Positions 1-11,370 of a stretch of DNA of 64,000 bases are shown here, piece by piece; positions within the stretch are counted from its first letter, which is position 1, and each line of letters opens with the position of its first letter. The stretch covers positions 12,648,001 through 12,712,000 of the forward strand of contig JBHGNT010000018.1 in NCBI GenBank assembly GCA_043228905.1, read 5' to 3'. The translations under genes and the position numbers were made by a program. The notes beneath the pieces are model-generated. The model was not told the origin of the DNA. It did no database searches and saw nothing but the letters and a program-made list of their open reading frames with translations. This DNA comes from Azolla caroliniana. Taxonomy: Eukaryota; Plantae; Polypodiophyta.

Positions 1-51
1 ATAAGGGGAAAAAACAAGTTAACGAATATTGCAAGAAATATTCTTATACGT

Positions 52-755
52 TGTCGTGCCTTTCGGCTCCGGATCGTTGCGTGAGTAGGGTGGGAACCGC
101 CGAGGTTTTGGACTAGGAGGAAGAGGAATACAACTTAAGGCTAGTTATGAATAGTAGAAAGAGAAGTAAGATAGCAATCTCGTGAATCCCACGAGTTTAG
201 TGTATTTAAAACAATATTTAGATTATAAGAGTAATTTAGATGGCAAAATTCGTGAATCCCACGAATATATTAGATTGATCAATCCTTGTATATTAATCCA
301 CAACCTTACACATATTTCTCTCCTCCTTATATAAAGATGGGAGAGGCTAAGCATGGCTTCATGCTTTTTCACCAAAAGTGTCCATGCACACTAAATGTGC
401 ATGTGATGCTTTGTCATTTCCTAAGTATAGGGCTCATGCACGCTAGATGTGCATGAGTCACTTTTAATGTCACGTGTAAATAAAGTATTCGCACCCTAAA
501 GAATACATGATTGTTACCTTTTAATAAAGGTATGTGTAAATAAAGGTCGTATACGTATTAAATCTATATGTATAACACTAAAGATAAGTTATTACAATGG
601 TAAAGTTGAGGTTTATCTACATGGAGGTGTAGGGTTTGAATCTTGCCCTATGCACGTGATAAATATTTTGATATATTATTTATTTATTTATATGTATCTA
701 AAATCGGATATATTATTTTATGATTTTCACGTAGTGCGTGGAATACACTACGACA
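52..755 (-). repeat. 3' LTR of family A copy 1 (704 bp)
   Basis: Inverted termini TGTCGT/ACGACA; PPT adjacent; homologous LTR pieces start at 27833, 30265 and 46398. Confidence 0.9.
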
Positions 756-3700
756 CTCGCCCCCTCCGAACCCGCACATCCTCCAGTATGTGCTGAAGTT
801 CTCGATTCCTCATATCCGTCTTCACCCAAAGCTTCCTCCGATTCTCCCCTTATGTCGACTATGAGTTGTAATTCACTTTCTTCGCTTCCCGCATCACCGT
901 GGTCTTCGTCCGATTGCTCCTCGTTGTCGGCCTTGGCTTGGATCACATAGGGTTTGTCGTTGGTCCGCTTCTTGAAAATCTTCACCCGCTTCCCGGCTAT
1001 AGGCACTCGTAGTATTGTTCAATCCAACTCGGACAGTCGGTACGTTCCGTTGTTGAAGACTTTCCGAACCTCGTATGGCCCTGAACCACCTTTTCGCGAA
1101 TTTCCGCGTCGTTGTATGTTGATGGTCCAAACTATTGTCATAGACGATCACCCAATCTCCTTCTTCAATCCTCCTCAGTCGTAGTCCGTGCTTTGTGTCG
1201 AACCGGCTTTTGTTCCGGAACCGTGCTTCTTGTTGTCGGCGTATTGCTTCCGCTATGTCTACCGGTCTTCCCTCTAGTTGTCGTATCCGGACCGCTAGTA
1301 GTTCTTCCCGGCTCATCTCTTCCTTCCACGGTAGCACTGTCCATGTTGCGATCGCGGTTTCCGTCGGCATTACCGGTGCTTGTCCGGTCATGAGTTCTGC
1401 CGGCATGTAACCGGTTACGGAGCTATGCGTCGTCCGATCCGCCCATAGTGCATATGGAAGCATCTGCGGCCAGTCCTTCACCTTTCCATCACATGCCTTC
1501 GCAAGTGCTTTCACGATCGGACTATGTCCTCGTTCGATTTTCCCGTTGGCCTCCGGATTGTATGCCATTGTCAGCGATAACCGAACTCCGTGTTTGGCGA
1601 AGAATCCCCTAGCTTTGTCCGAGTCGAGTTCTCCCCGGTCCGCAATCACTTGCTCTACGCACCCGTACCTGCAAAATACTTCCTCCAAAAGAAATTGGCA
1701 TACCGTGGAACACGTTTTCCTCTGAAGCGCTCGACCTTCTACTTGATTCGTGAGATCTTCCCGAGCTAGCACCAAGTATTTCTTTTGTCTAATCCCGGTC
1801 GGCATGGCCACTATGTCGACCATCCACTTGAAGTTGATTGTCGGTGAGAATGTCGAATGTAACTCATCTCGATGTCGAACCCCAGAGTAGACTTGACATT
1901 TCTCGCAGCTTTCCGTGAACTCCACGACATCTTTGTACATTTTCTTCCACCAATATTTTTGCTTGATCTTCACAAATGTTGCCCATGTTCCTCGGTGTCC
2001 AGCCCAATCGGATTCGTGAAACTCGGACATTATCCGGTTTCGTTGCTCTTTTGTCCCGACTACTCGAAGTGGTATACCATCCGGTCTTTTCGGCGCCCTC
2101 CATATTAATCCGTTTTCCAAGAAGAACTTTTGGACTTGCCTCTTCTTCCTTCGGATCTCGGCTCTTCTTCCTTTATCGTTTGTTGAGTCCTCGGCCTCTT
2201 GTAACATCTTCCCGATCATCAAACTTTCTCCCTCGTATTCTTCTTCCCGGAATTCTCGGATTACGTTCACTCGGCATATGTGCTCCGGCGCGAAGTAGTC
2301 TTCGGAAACTTCTTCATTATCCGATTCGGTTATGTCGTCTCCGAACCGAGCCCTTGATAACATATCCGCTACCGCATTGTCCTTCCCCGAGATGTGTCGA
2401 ACCTTCGGATTAAGCGACTTGACATATGCAACCCACCTTAGCATAGCTACATCCGGTATCGTACAACACCGCATCATCCCGAGTATCGGAAGACAATCCG
2501 TCTCGATCACCACTTCGGCTCCGATCAAATAATCCCGATCCGATTTTATCGCCGACACGACTCCCCACAGTTCTCTTTTGACTTGTGCATATCCACGTTG
2601 CCTTTCGTTGAGAACCTTTGCTCCGAATCGGATCGGATACCGCGAACCATCCGAGTCGGCTTGATTGATGACCCACCCGATACCGGTTGGACTTGTATCA
2701 ACCGTTACTATGATTGGTCGGTCGTAGCTCGGCTTCTTAAGTGCTTCCACCCTCCGAAGTGTCTTCTTCAATTTCTTCATGGCTTTGGTGTGTTCCGGTT
2801 TCCATTCGAATTTCTTACCTTTCCGCAACAAGTGGTAGAGCGGGTCCGCTATATGTGCATAGTGCGGAATCCATATGTGATAGAATGCACATGCACCGAG
2901 AAACCTTCGGACTTCGGATGTTGACTCGCATATTTCCTCCATAGCTTGAATCGCATCGATCTTTGTTGGTGATGGTCTTCGGCCGTAGGGCCCACATAGA
3001 TGTCCGACCACCAATATTTCTTCTTGTCCGAATGCCGATTTCTCCCCGGAAAGTGTTAGGTGCACATCTTCTAGCTTTTGCAAAACTTTCTCGCAATCAT
3101 GAATATGGTCGACCACGAACTTTCGGCATCCCCGATCATCCATAGTCTCATCTTTTTCATCTACCGCGCATCCTTTCATCGGAATGTCATCGAGGAACGG
3201 CATCGTTATCTCCGGAATGCAGTCTCGAAGCACCTTGTTCATCGCGTTCATCATATGAGCAACCGAGTTTGTCGCTCCTTGTGGTAGTGTGCACATTCGG
3301 ACTAATCCTATCGGTGTTCGCATGGTTGTGATGTCTCGGCTCTCCACGGCTAGTTGGAATTGGTCATACCCCGAGTATAGGTCTCCGATGGAGTATATCG
3401 CACGACCGGCAAAAGTTTCCGCAAATTCGTCCACTATCGGACCAACTCCCGAGTTCTGGATCATGACCTTATTCACCGGTTGCAAGTCTTGGATAAATCG
3501 GAGTGATCCATTCTTCTTCGGAACCGTAAACCATCGATTTGAGTACGGAGCAGTTGATGGCTCTAGAATCCCCGTCGCCACCTTCTCCTTGTGCAAGTCA
3601 ATGACTTTCGGAATATGCGCTCATGGCACCGGAATCGGCTTCAGGTTCCACGGTACATGGTCAATCGTGAAGATCACCATCGGCTCCACTATTCTCGGAT

Positions 3701-4352
3701 CGACGCACCCTATCTCCCTTGATGTGAATGCAAACGCTTTGCCGTGTTGCTCCAACATCTCGCGAAACCGTTCTTCTTCTTTTTGTAATAGGAACCCACC
3801 TCCACCGATCCGAAGTTTCTTCCGGGTCTCATCCGTGAAGGCATGTATGATATCCACGGGCTTCCGAAGTGTCGGATCTCCCGAGACTTCTTTCCTCTTT
3901 TGTTCGCTATCGGTGGGTAGTGGTCCCACGGCCGGTTTCACCTTCTTCTCCACGGTCTTGTATTTCGTACTTACCATTGCTTCTTCTTTGCGGAGTGTAT
4001 CCGGCTCCATTTTCACAATGATCTCGTACATCTCGACCGATTCCACCGGGACTACCCGGTTCCCTTTGCTTTCATCTTCCGCAAGCTCTTCAAGTCGTTG
4101 TAGCGTGCTCCCATAGAACACTTCTTCGACTATCCCCACGATTTCTTCACCTTCTTTTTTTATTGATGCCGACCAAAACTTATCCTCCACTTGTCGGTAT
4201 CCTTTCTTCAATCCTCCGGTTACGGTCATGTACGTAGATGCCCCATCCGGACCGATTCGTACATGTTTTGCTCCGAGAGTTTTCTTCCTGTGTGGGGTAT
4301 CAGGGCTTCTCGGACTATCACTTCCCCACTCCGCAACAGTCCGCTTTAAAAA
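713..4352 (-). pseudogene. pol (RT-RNaseH-integrase) of family A copy 1, nearly intact
   Basis: ORFs 3621..4229 and 894..3596 are in one frame, separated by a single TGA (3621-3623). RT motifs DLYSGY, LPQG, FLDD; RNaseH TVDTS...ETDC...NAVADMLSR; integrase H-H-C-C zinc finger, WMVD, IADRG, GKIER. A frameshift near 1080 moves the C-terminus into ORF 713..1006. Confidence 0.92.
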
Positions 4353-4355
4353 TCC
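4292..4355 (-). promoter_or_regulatory. putative -1 ribosomal frameshift signal (G GAU UUU + H-type pseudoknot)
   Basis: GGATTTT (4355-4349) directly before the gag-PR stop; pol frame is -1 and open from here; 6-nt spacer, then stem 1 GGACUGUU/GAUAGUCC and stem 2 GUGGGG/CCCCAC. Confidence 0.75.
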
Positions 4356-5920
4356 ATTCTCACTTGGGACAAGAGTTCCCTCTTGTTCCTTTCGTGATTT
4401 GCCGGCACCGTTAGGAATTGGACGGATTTCCCACCGTTTTGGCTCCGAATTCGCGCAAAAGCCGCACCGCTATCGAGCACCTTCGTCTCCATCCGTGATG
4501 CCGTGATAAAGGGTTGGCCGAGGATGACGGAATGTGAAACCTCATCTTGCATGAAGAAATTTTGGTCGATCTCGACATCCCCGATCTTCACCGTCACATC
4601 CGGACAAGCCGCAAATAGATCTTCCGTTGCTTTGGTGACCGCCCGAATCTTCCATCCATGGTTGGTGTTAATAGGCCACTTCCCCTTCCGGTAGAACTCC
4701 TTGGACATCAAGTTGATCTCCGATCCGTGATCAATCAATGCTAGCACGGGTTCTTTGACGTTGCCGATTCGGACCGGAGTCTCCGTAGTCGCGCGTGCCC
4801 AATGTGGCCTTGTATAGTGGGAGTTCAGAATTTTTTCCTCCACTTCAGCGTCGTTCATTAAAACGGTGTTCGCATTCACCCTTGGAGCATTTTCCTCCGT
4901 ACTTTGTCTTTTTCGCTTCACGAGATCCACGAGAAGATCGTGGAACTCCTTCTTTGCTATTCCGAGTAGCTCCCGAAGCGAGAAATCTACCCGGCTATCC
5001 AAGATCCTTTCCTCGAACACTCTTTTCAAGTCGGTTTGTTGTTCTATGTCCAAGGCGAGCTTGAATGCCGGAGCCTCCTTTTCTTTTCCCTTACCTCCGG
5101 AGTTCCTGCTTTCCGGTATCTTCGATGGCCCGCCCGCATCCTCCGTGCGTCGTCGTTTCTCGTCCACATACACCTTATGCAATTGACACAGGGCGTATAC
5201 GCTATTCTTGTCGACAGGGCACTCCCATCCCGTAGCTTCCCGGACGCCTTCCGCGGTGCTTCGGATCTCGTTGGAGTCGGTTTTCTCGGTGTTTTCTAGA
5301 ACTTCTGGCCAAAAAGACGTCTTTGAACTCGATGACTCCCCAACACATATTCCCGCGATTGTCGCATAGTTGCTTCTTGCCGCCAATTCCTCCTCGAGCA
5401 CCTTCTTCATGCCGCCTTTCCGGAAGTTCGGTCGGAGTGGCTTCCGAGAGTCCATCGAATGAATCCGGTTTCCCTCGTAGTAGATGAGATCCCGCTGTAG
5501 CGCCTCCTTATGCTCGTCGCAATCCCTCCGATCGTGTTTGGCGCTATCGCACCATATGCACCGTTGGTCCGTATACTTGGAGCTTGTGGGGCGGTCATCC
5601 GACTTCTTCACCATCGCGATCTTCAGATTCTCCATCTCCTTCAATAGTTGCTCCACCGTAGATGCATCAATCCCCTTCTCGGTTGTAGTCTCCCGAGCCC
5701 TCGGTTGATGGTCTTCCAATCCGGTTCTCGGTTTCAGAATCGGTTCCGAAACCCTCTTTTCCTCGTTGGCAAGCCATTGCCCCCTCTTCGTGTATCGCGC
5801 GACGATATCTCGCACGCTTTCCCATGTTTCGGTGAGGCCACTCTCTGTGGTCGTGTCCTCCAAGAGCACTCCGAGATCTTTCCGGTCCCGGACGTCCACG
5901 GCTCGCAAGAACATGACCAC
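4346..5920 (-). CDS. gag-protease ORF of family A copy 1 (N-terminus missing)
   Basis: 524-aa open frame with zinc knuckle CIWCDSAKHDRRDC and aspartic protease ALIDHGSEIN...VILGQPF. Confidence 0.88.
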   Translation of the reverse strand: MVMFLRAVDVRDRKDLGVLLEDTTTESGLTETWESVRDIVARYTKRGQWLANEEKRVSEPILKPRTGLEDHQPRARETTTEKGIDASTVEQLLKEMENLKIAMVKKSDDRPTSSKYTDQRCIWCDSAKHDRRDCDEHKEALQRDLIYYEGNRIHSMDSRKPLRPNFRKGGMKKVLEEELAARSNYATIAGICVGESSSSKTSFWPEVLENTEKTDSNEIRSTAEGVREATGWECPVDKNSVYALCQLHKVYVDEKRRRTEDAGGPSKIPESRNSGGKGKEKEAPAFKLALDIEQQTDLKRVFEERILDSRVDFSLRELLGIAKKEFHDLLVDLVKRKRQSTEENAPRVNANTVLMNDAEVEEKILNSHYTRPHWARATTETPVRIGNVKEPVLALIDHGSEINLMSKEFYRKGKWPINTNHGWKIRAVTKATEDLFAACPDVTVKIGDVEIDQNFFMQDEVSHSVILGQPFITASRMETKVLDSGAAFARIRSQNGGKSVQFLTVPANHERNKRELLSQVRMDF

Positions 5921-6859
5921 CCTGAGTCTAATAGATCAACAAAATGAGTTAATCAAATCATTAAGGATATGCTTTGAACATACATCGCTAAGAAGCCTAG
6001 TAAATGCGAACAATATCTTCCTATTTTGGAGTTTGCTTTTAATAGCTCCAAACATACATAAACTAGATATAGTCCTTTTATGTTGATGCATGGTTTTTAG
6101 CCATGTACCCCAATCCATGTCAACACATCATGTTGACCTACAAAGTACACAAAACTTTCAAAGAGATACAAAATTGAACAAAACTTAATCAATGGTGATC
6201 TCTATGATACATACCATAGCATGGAACTTAAACTTAATACTATTCGAGAAGGTCGCAATGAGGATCCTCAAACTATCAAGCACAACATACTACAACTAGT
6301 AGTTTATGGTGCATATGAAGAATGGTTCACTATGCTTTATCGAAGATCCACAACCAATCAATGAGACACTGATTTATAACTTTGGAATTGGGTTGATCCA
6401 CGTTGATTGGCTTATAAAACATTTGTGAGTTAGTATATTCAATCAATCGATGATTTATACACTGCCCATGATTTATTCTTTAACTATATCATTATTGGTT
6501 TCATTTTAGGTGGTCCTCACTTGTAGTGTTAACCACTTGGGATTAAGCTTAATCTCTATTGTGAGATTGAAACTTTCCAAGAGTCGACATGTGCTTTAAG
6601 CCTCTAGACTTATTGACTTATGATCCTATCAAGAAGACACACACTTGAGGTGTTGGCTTGTTTGGGTGCTATATGGCTATCTTTTTTTGCCAACCTTAGC
6701 ATATGCCTTTATATAATATTAACTCACCAAGTTTTAACATCCATCTCTACTTCCCTGCCCCACAAAACAATACGGTTGTATGTCTACAAATACACCTGGG
6801 GCACTTAGAAATGGAGTCATGACATGACAACTACACATGGGCATTGGGCTATGAGTGGG

Positions 6860-7973
6860 ATAGATGAATGTGTGTGTGTGTGTGTGTGTGTATATGGGGG
6901 GGCGGCCTTGTGAGAGAGACATTTTAGCGTGACGAGAATGAGAGAAATGGGAGGGGTGAGTTCACACGAGTGCAGCGAGATAGCTTGCCATGACAAAATT
7001 TACTATTTTTTTCTGCCATTAAACGAGAGAGAGAGAGAGGCTTTCCTTATTTCTCATTCACCGATCATATTTTTGCATCTCTCCATTCTGTGCTCGAATC
7101 CTCCCCAACCTGATTCGACATGACGTCACACTCGCGCATCATCACTGCTCCATATAAAGAAAACGTACATTTATCCTCTTTCTCATCATGTCCTTTTCTT
7201 TTTCTTCTTCTTTTTCTTTTGCTAAGAAAGAACCTCCCCTTCGCTAACACACACACACTTGGGCGAATTCTCCTTCCCTTCAAAAGATTTCCACGAAGAG
7301 ATCTCTCTCTCTCACACATACACACATACACACACACACTCTGTCTCAATTCATTCAACCCACATTTCTTACCACCCAACATTTGTGTGTTCACGCATAC
7401 ATCATCACCCAACACTACCTACCTATCTAATAGGCCCTTCTTCTTCTCCTGCTATTATTACTCTACTCATTACGGCTAATCAAGTAAATTAAAATACAAT
7501 CTTAACACACACACACACACACACAAACAAGAATGACGTTGTTTGTTCCAAAGCCATGTTTGAAAAGGTTTTGAACACCTCTGCTGCTGCTACTACTCTC
7601 ACTATATAATAACATCTCGATATAAAATTATTCAGCGGTTGGAACATCCATATATCATGAGTCAACATAGATAGATAGGCTTGTGTGTGTGTCTCCATGG
7701 AGGTCCTACCCATTCATAGCCATACATAGAATTACTATTAGTATGATATGTGAACGACGTATAGCTGATGTAATGATATGTGGCGCTTCTTCACACACAC
7801 ACACACACACACACAAACTAGTAGTACATTCTACTGGTAACTCCTGCTAATGCAGGTAGGAGGGTCTAGCTCTTTATCCCACCAAGCTTACCTTATTATA
7901 TTTACTTTGCATTGTGCAAGTATGTATTATTAGCTCTGTCTCCTATCCTCTGATTTCAACCTATTTGCCTTCC

Positions 7974-8009
<36 letters not shown>

Positions 8010-8957
8010 ATATAGCTTAATCTCTCTCTCTCTTCCTAACCCCCTCCTCCCCTCTGGACTTCGTGCCTTCCCATTCTTCCTTCCTGTTGCTTGCTCATCC
8101 GGTACTTATTTCCCTTCTCATGCGCATTGCGATTGCAATTGTAATTGCAGAGCAGTGCAGTCCCTTCAGAACTTAATGATACGAATGAATGACGTGATTC
8201 TTACGAATGACGTGGGTGGGTACTGCAACCCTGCTGTAATCCGTGCGTCAGCGTTCAATTAAGTGTATGCCTGCGGCAGCAGCAACACACACATCAGCAT
8301 CCTATACATACATACATAATAGCTACGACTAGTACTTATGTAAATAAATAGGCGCACAGAGATTTCAGCATATGATCTCATATACATACATACATAGATA
8401 CATACATATGGATGTATATACGTATGTGTGTACCTAGTCCTTTCATAGGAATAATATCCATTGCTAATAATCCTCCTTCTCCTTGACTAGATAGTGCCCA
8501 GTTCGAACGACCTAATTATCACCAGCAAGCAGCCAGCATACATACATACACACATACATAGTTCCTAAATACTCACAATACATACATACATAGGTAGTCG
8601 TCAATAGCTAGAAGGGTTCTACATACATTGTTGATTATGTATTAATACTCATTGATCGTCTTTCAAACTTATCCTCGGGCAGCATTTGTTTCCTCCTTCC
8701 TCCCTCCATTCCGCAGTTATTTGGCCCCTCCTCCGTCTTTCGGAAGCTCCTCCCGCCCTATTTGAATATTGCAGCTGCTAATTACTGCTCTCCGTCTCTG
8801 TTCATGTTTCAATCCTCTTGCAGTTTTTGGCTCTGGGTTGCAGCTGAGGAAAGAGGGGTGGAATAAAACTGTCAGTGCTCATTTCCACCGGCTACATCAA
8901 TAGCCAATTTTAAAAAAATATATACCCGCTTTTATTTCACGCTGTGTTGGGGAGAGC
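6860..8957 (+). promoter_or_regulatory. microsatellite-rich promoter / long 5' leader of the LBD gene
   Basis: TGACGTCA (7121-7128) followed by TATAAA (7153-7158) and a CT/CA-rich tract; TGTCTC/GAGACA at 6916, 7342, 7690, 7937; pyrimidine-tract AG acceptors at ~8716 and ~8823; many (CA)n, (TA)n, (CT)n, (CATA)n runs. Confidence 0.45.
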
Positions 8958-9971
8958 ATGGTAATCACGCCAGCGCCGGCGGGACAAAGAGCAATTACAG
9001 CCACGTCCAATTATAATGGTAGTAGTAGAGCAATAATAGGTGGTGGCGAGGGCGGGGCTATGTTTGCCGGTGGTGGAGGAGAGCATAGAATGCGCGAGAA
9101 TTATGTAGACGTCCAGATGATGATGATGATGGGCGGCGGAGGCAGGAGGAGGAGGAGGAGCAGGCTGTCGTCGTCGTCCTCCTCCTCGTCCTCTTCCTCT
9201 GGGCCTTGCGCTGCGTGCAAGCTCCTGCGCAGGAAGTGCAGGGCGGGAGAGTGTGTCTTTGCGCCGTATTTCCCGCCGGAGGAGCCCGCGAAATTCGCGA
9301 GTGTTCACAAGGTCTTCGGGGCGAGCAACGTGAGCAAGCTTTTGCTGCAGCTGTCGCCGAGTCAGCGGAGTGACGCCGTGAGTACGCTGGTGTTCGAGGC
9401 GGAGGCGCGCATCCAGGACCCCGTCTACGGCTGCGTCGCCGCCATCTCTCTCCTGCAACGCCATCTCCTCCATCTTCAGCAGCAGCTAGCGCTGGTCCAC
9501 GCCCATGCCCATGCCCACGCCCACCTCCTCCGCCAGCGCAACCACCGATCCCAAGGCAACGAATACGTGGTGAGTAACCAACAGCCACCATCAGGCTTAG
9601 CGTCGCATCTAAGTATGAGCCAGTTCCAGGGGCATGAAGAACTCTGCGGCTCTTACAATGCTCTTCTGGATAGCGACACTTCTGGACCACATCTTCTTAA
9701 TCATCAACATCAGGGGGAGCAGCGTGGTGGTGAGAATAAAATCCCATCTGCCCTGGGCCTGGAGGTGCAGGCACCGGCTTCCACTCCTCCTCCTCCTCCT
9801 CCTCCTCCTCCTCCTCCCCGTCGTCGTCATCATCACGCAGAAGCATACCACCCATATTCGAGGCTTCCAACGGCGATGACAGATAAAAGGTTATCAGGTG
9901 GCCTAGCTAGGGAGCATAATTTCCTCCTCGATTGCAATATTTCCCACCTGCAAGCCCAGAAGCTATGTCGT

Positions 9972-10008
<37 letters not shown>

Positions 10009-10738
10009 GTTAAGAATTGTTGTGTAAGACCCCTCTCGTTACCTTCATCTGCATTACTAACAATTCACATCCACATGGTTTCGGAAATATGCAGGTGTCG
10101 AACCCGCCGAATCTGGGCCTAATCTACTGTGCTCCGCCTATAATCACTTGCAATTATTCGATCCCTCCTATAATCTTGATGCATGTCATGATAATGCGGC
10201 CTTGGCGTACGACGACCTCCACCTCCACCTCCACGATGTGTCTGATGCAGCAGCAGAAGTAGCAGTGGGTAAGTCGACATGCAACCCCATGCAGCCGGAA
10301 CTGCTGTCGGAGAAGAATCATTTGGGAGGAGGTGGTGCTGGTACAGATCAGGAGGATGTGATGCGATTAGAGAACATGTGCCAACCACGGCAGTCAAGCT
10401 TCTCTTCTGCTGCCAGCTCTACCACGTCCACAACATCCGCCTCTGTACATGAGCTCATGATCATGCAGCAGCTCGTCAATGGAAGCAGTAATTCTAATAA
10501 CATCAGGATTAACGATCAGAAGCAGAAGCTCTATATTGACAATAATAACTCCAGGATTTTCGATATGCTGAGAAATGAGTCGTGTATCAGTAATAATAAT
10601 GCCAATAATGGTGATGGTAGTAATGTCATGCAGCAGGAGGATTGCGTCTGCACGTCAATGGCGGCTTCCCTGATGATGATGCAGGATCCGGTGATGATGA
10701 GCCGCTCCTCCTATTCCTACCATACCCATATTGCTTGA
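8958..10738 (+). CDS. LBD: class I LBD/ASL (LATERAL ORGAN BOUNDARIES domain) transcription factor; exons 8958-9972 and 10095-10738, ~552 aa
   Basis: C-block CAACKLLRRKCRAGEC, FAPYFP, GAS block VHKVFGASNV...DPVYGC and leucine zipper. A GTAAGC donor (9973) and GCAG acceptor (10094) define a 122-bp phase-1 intron joining ORF 8958 in frame to ORF 10148..10738. Start codon uncertain (later ATGs possible). Confidence 0.9.
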
Positions 10739-11331
10739 TCATTCACATCATCCATCACGCTATCTATGACAAATGGGATTGATCACAGACAACTAGCAGC
10801 ATAATATGAAATGCAATGGCAACACGTTTACTTTACTACTGCAGATCACACCAATAATGACGTCTCCGATATCTATATCTATATCTATATCTTTATCTGG
10901 ATCTACACAGATATAGCTATAGCTATATATATATATATATATGGGAATGTTCTCTCTCGCTCTCTCATATTGTATGTTGTCTGATCGATCACGTCATTTA
11001 ATACAACTTCCATGAAATTTTATTGGTTTTGATAGATAGACATACATATATTACTTTTAGGGGCTAATTTTCTAATGTATTAATGGTGAGATATTGATTA
11101 AGGACGTCTTGACTCTTAACTTTGTAAAGACTTATGGATGTACGTCTGCAGATTACCAGCATACAAAGTCCTCTACAATTTTTACTAGAAGATGCTGTGT
11201 GTGGGACAGACCATACAAATGTTCTAAAATAAGAACGTAGGGTGTAAAATGTCGAGGGTAATAAATAGAAAGACAAATACATAATATCAGGCTACTGTAA
11301 TTCGATGATATCAGTCCGTCAGGCCTTTGCC

Positions 11332-11370
<39 letters not shown>

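Larger units (their letters stand above)
52..5922 (-). mobile_element. Ty3/gypsy LTR retrotransposon, family A copy 1 (fungal-like lineage); 5'-truncated, no 5' LTR
   Basis: 3' LTR 52-755 with TGTCGT...ACGACA termini; PPT next to it (756-767, GGAGGGGGCGAG on minus); domain order gag-PR then RT-RNaseH-INT; similarity to copy 2 ends abruptly at ~5922. Confidence 0.93.

Noticed and set aside
5923-6700. Possible very old retroelement remnant
   Set aside because: Only a faint RNaseH-like trace (IAPN...YVDA); too degenerate to call.
8937-9690. Antisense ORFs over LBD (8937..9473, 9058..9690)
   Set aside because: Shadow frames of a GC-rich coding region with no recognisable motifs.
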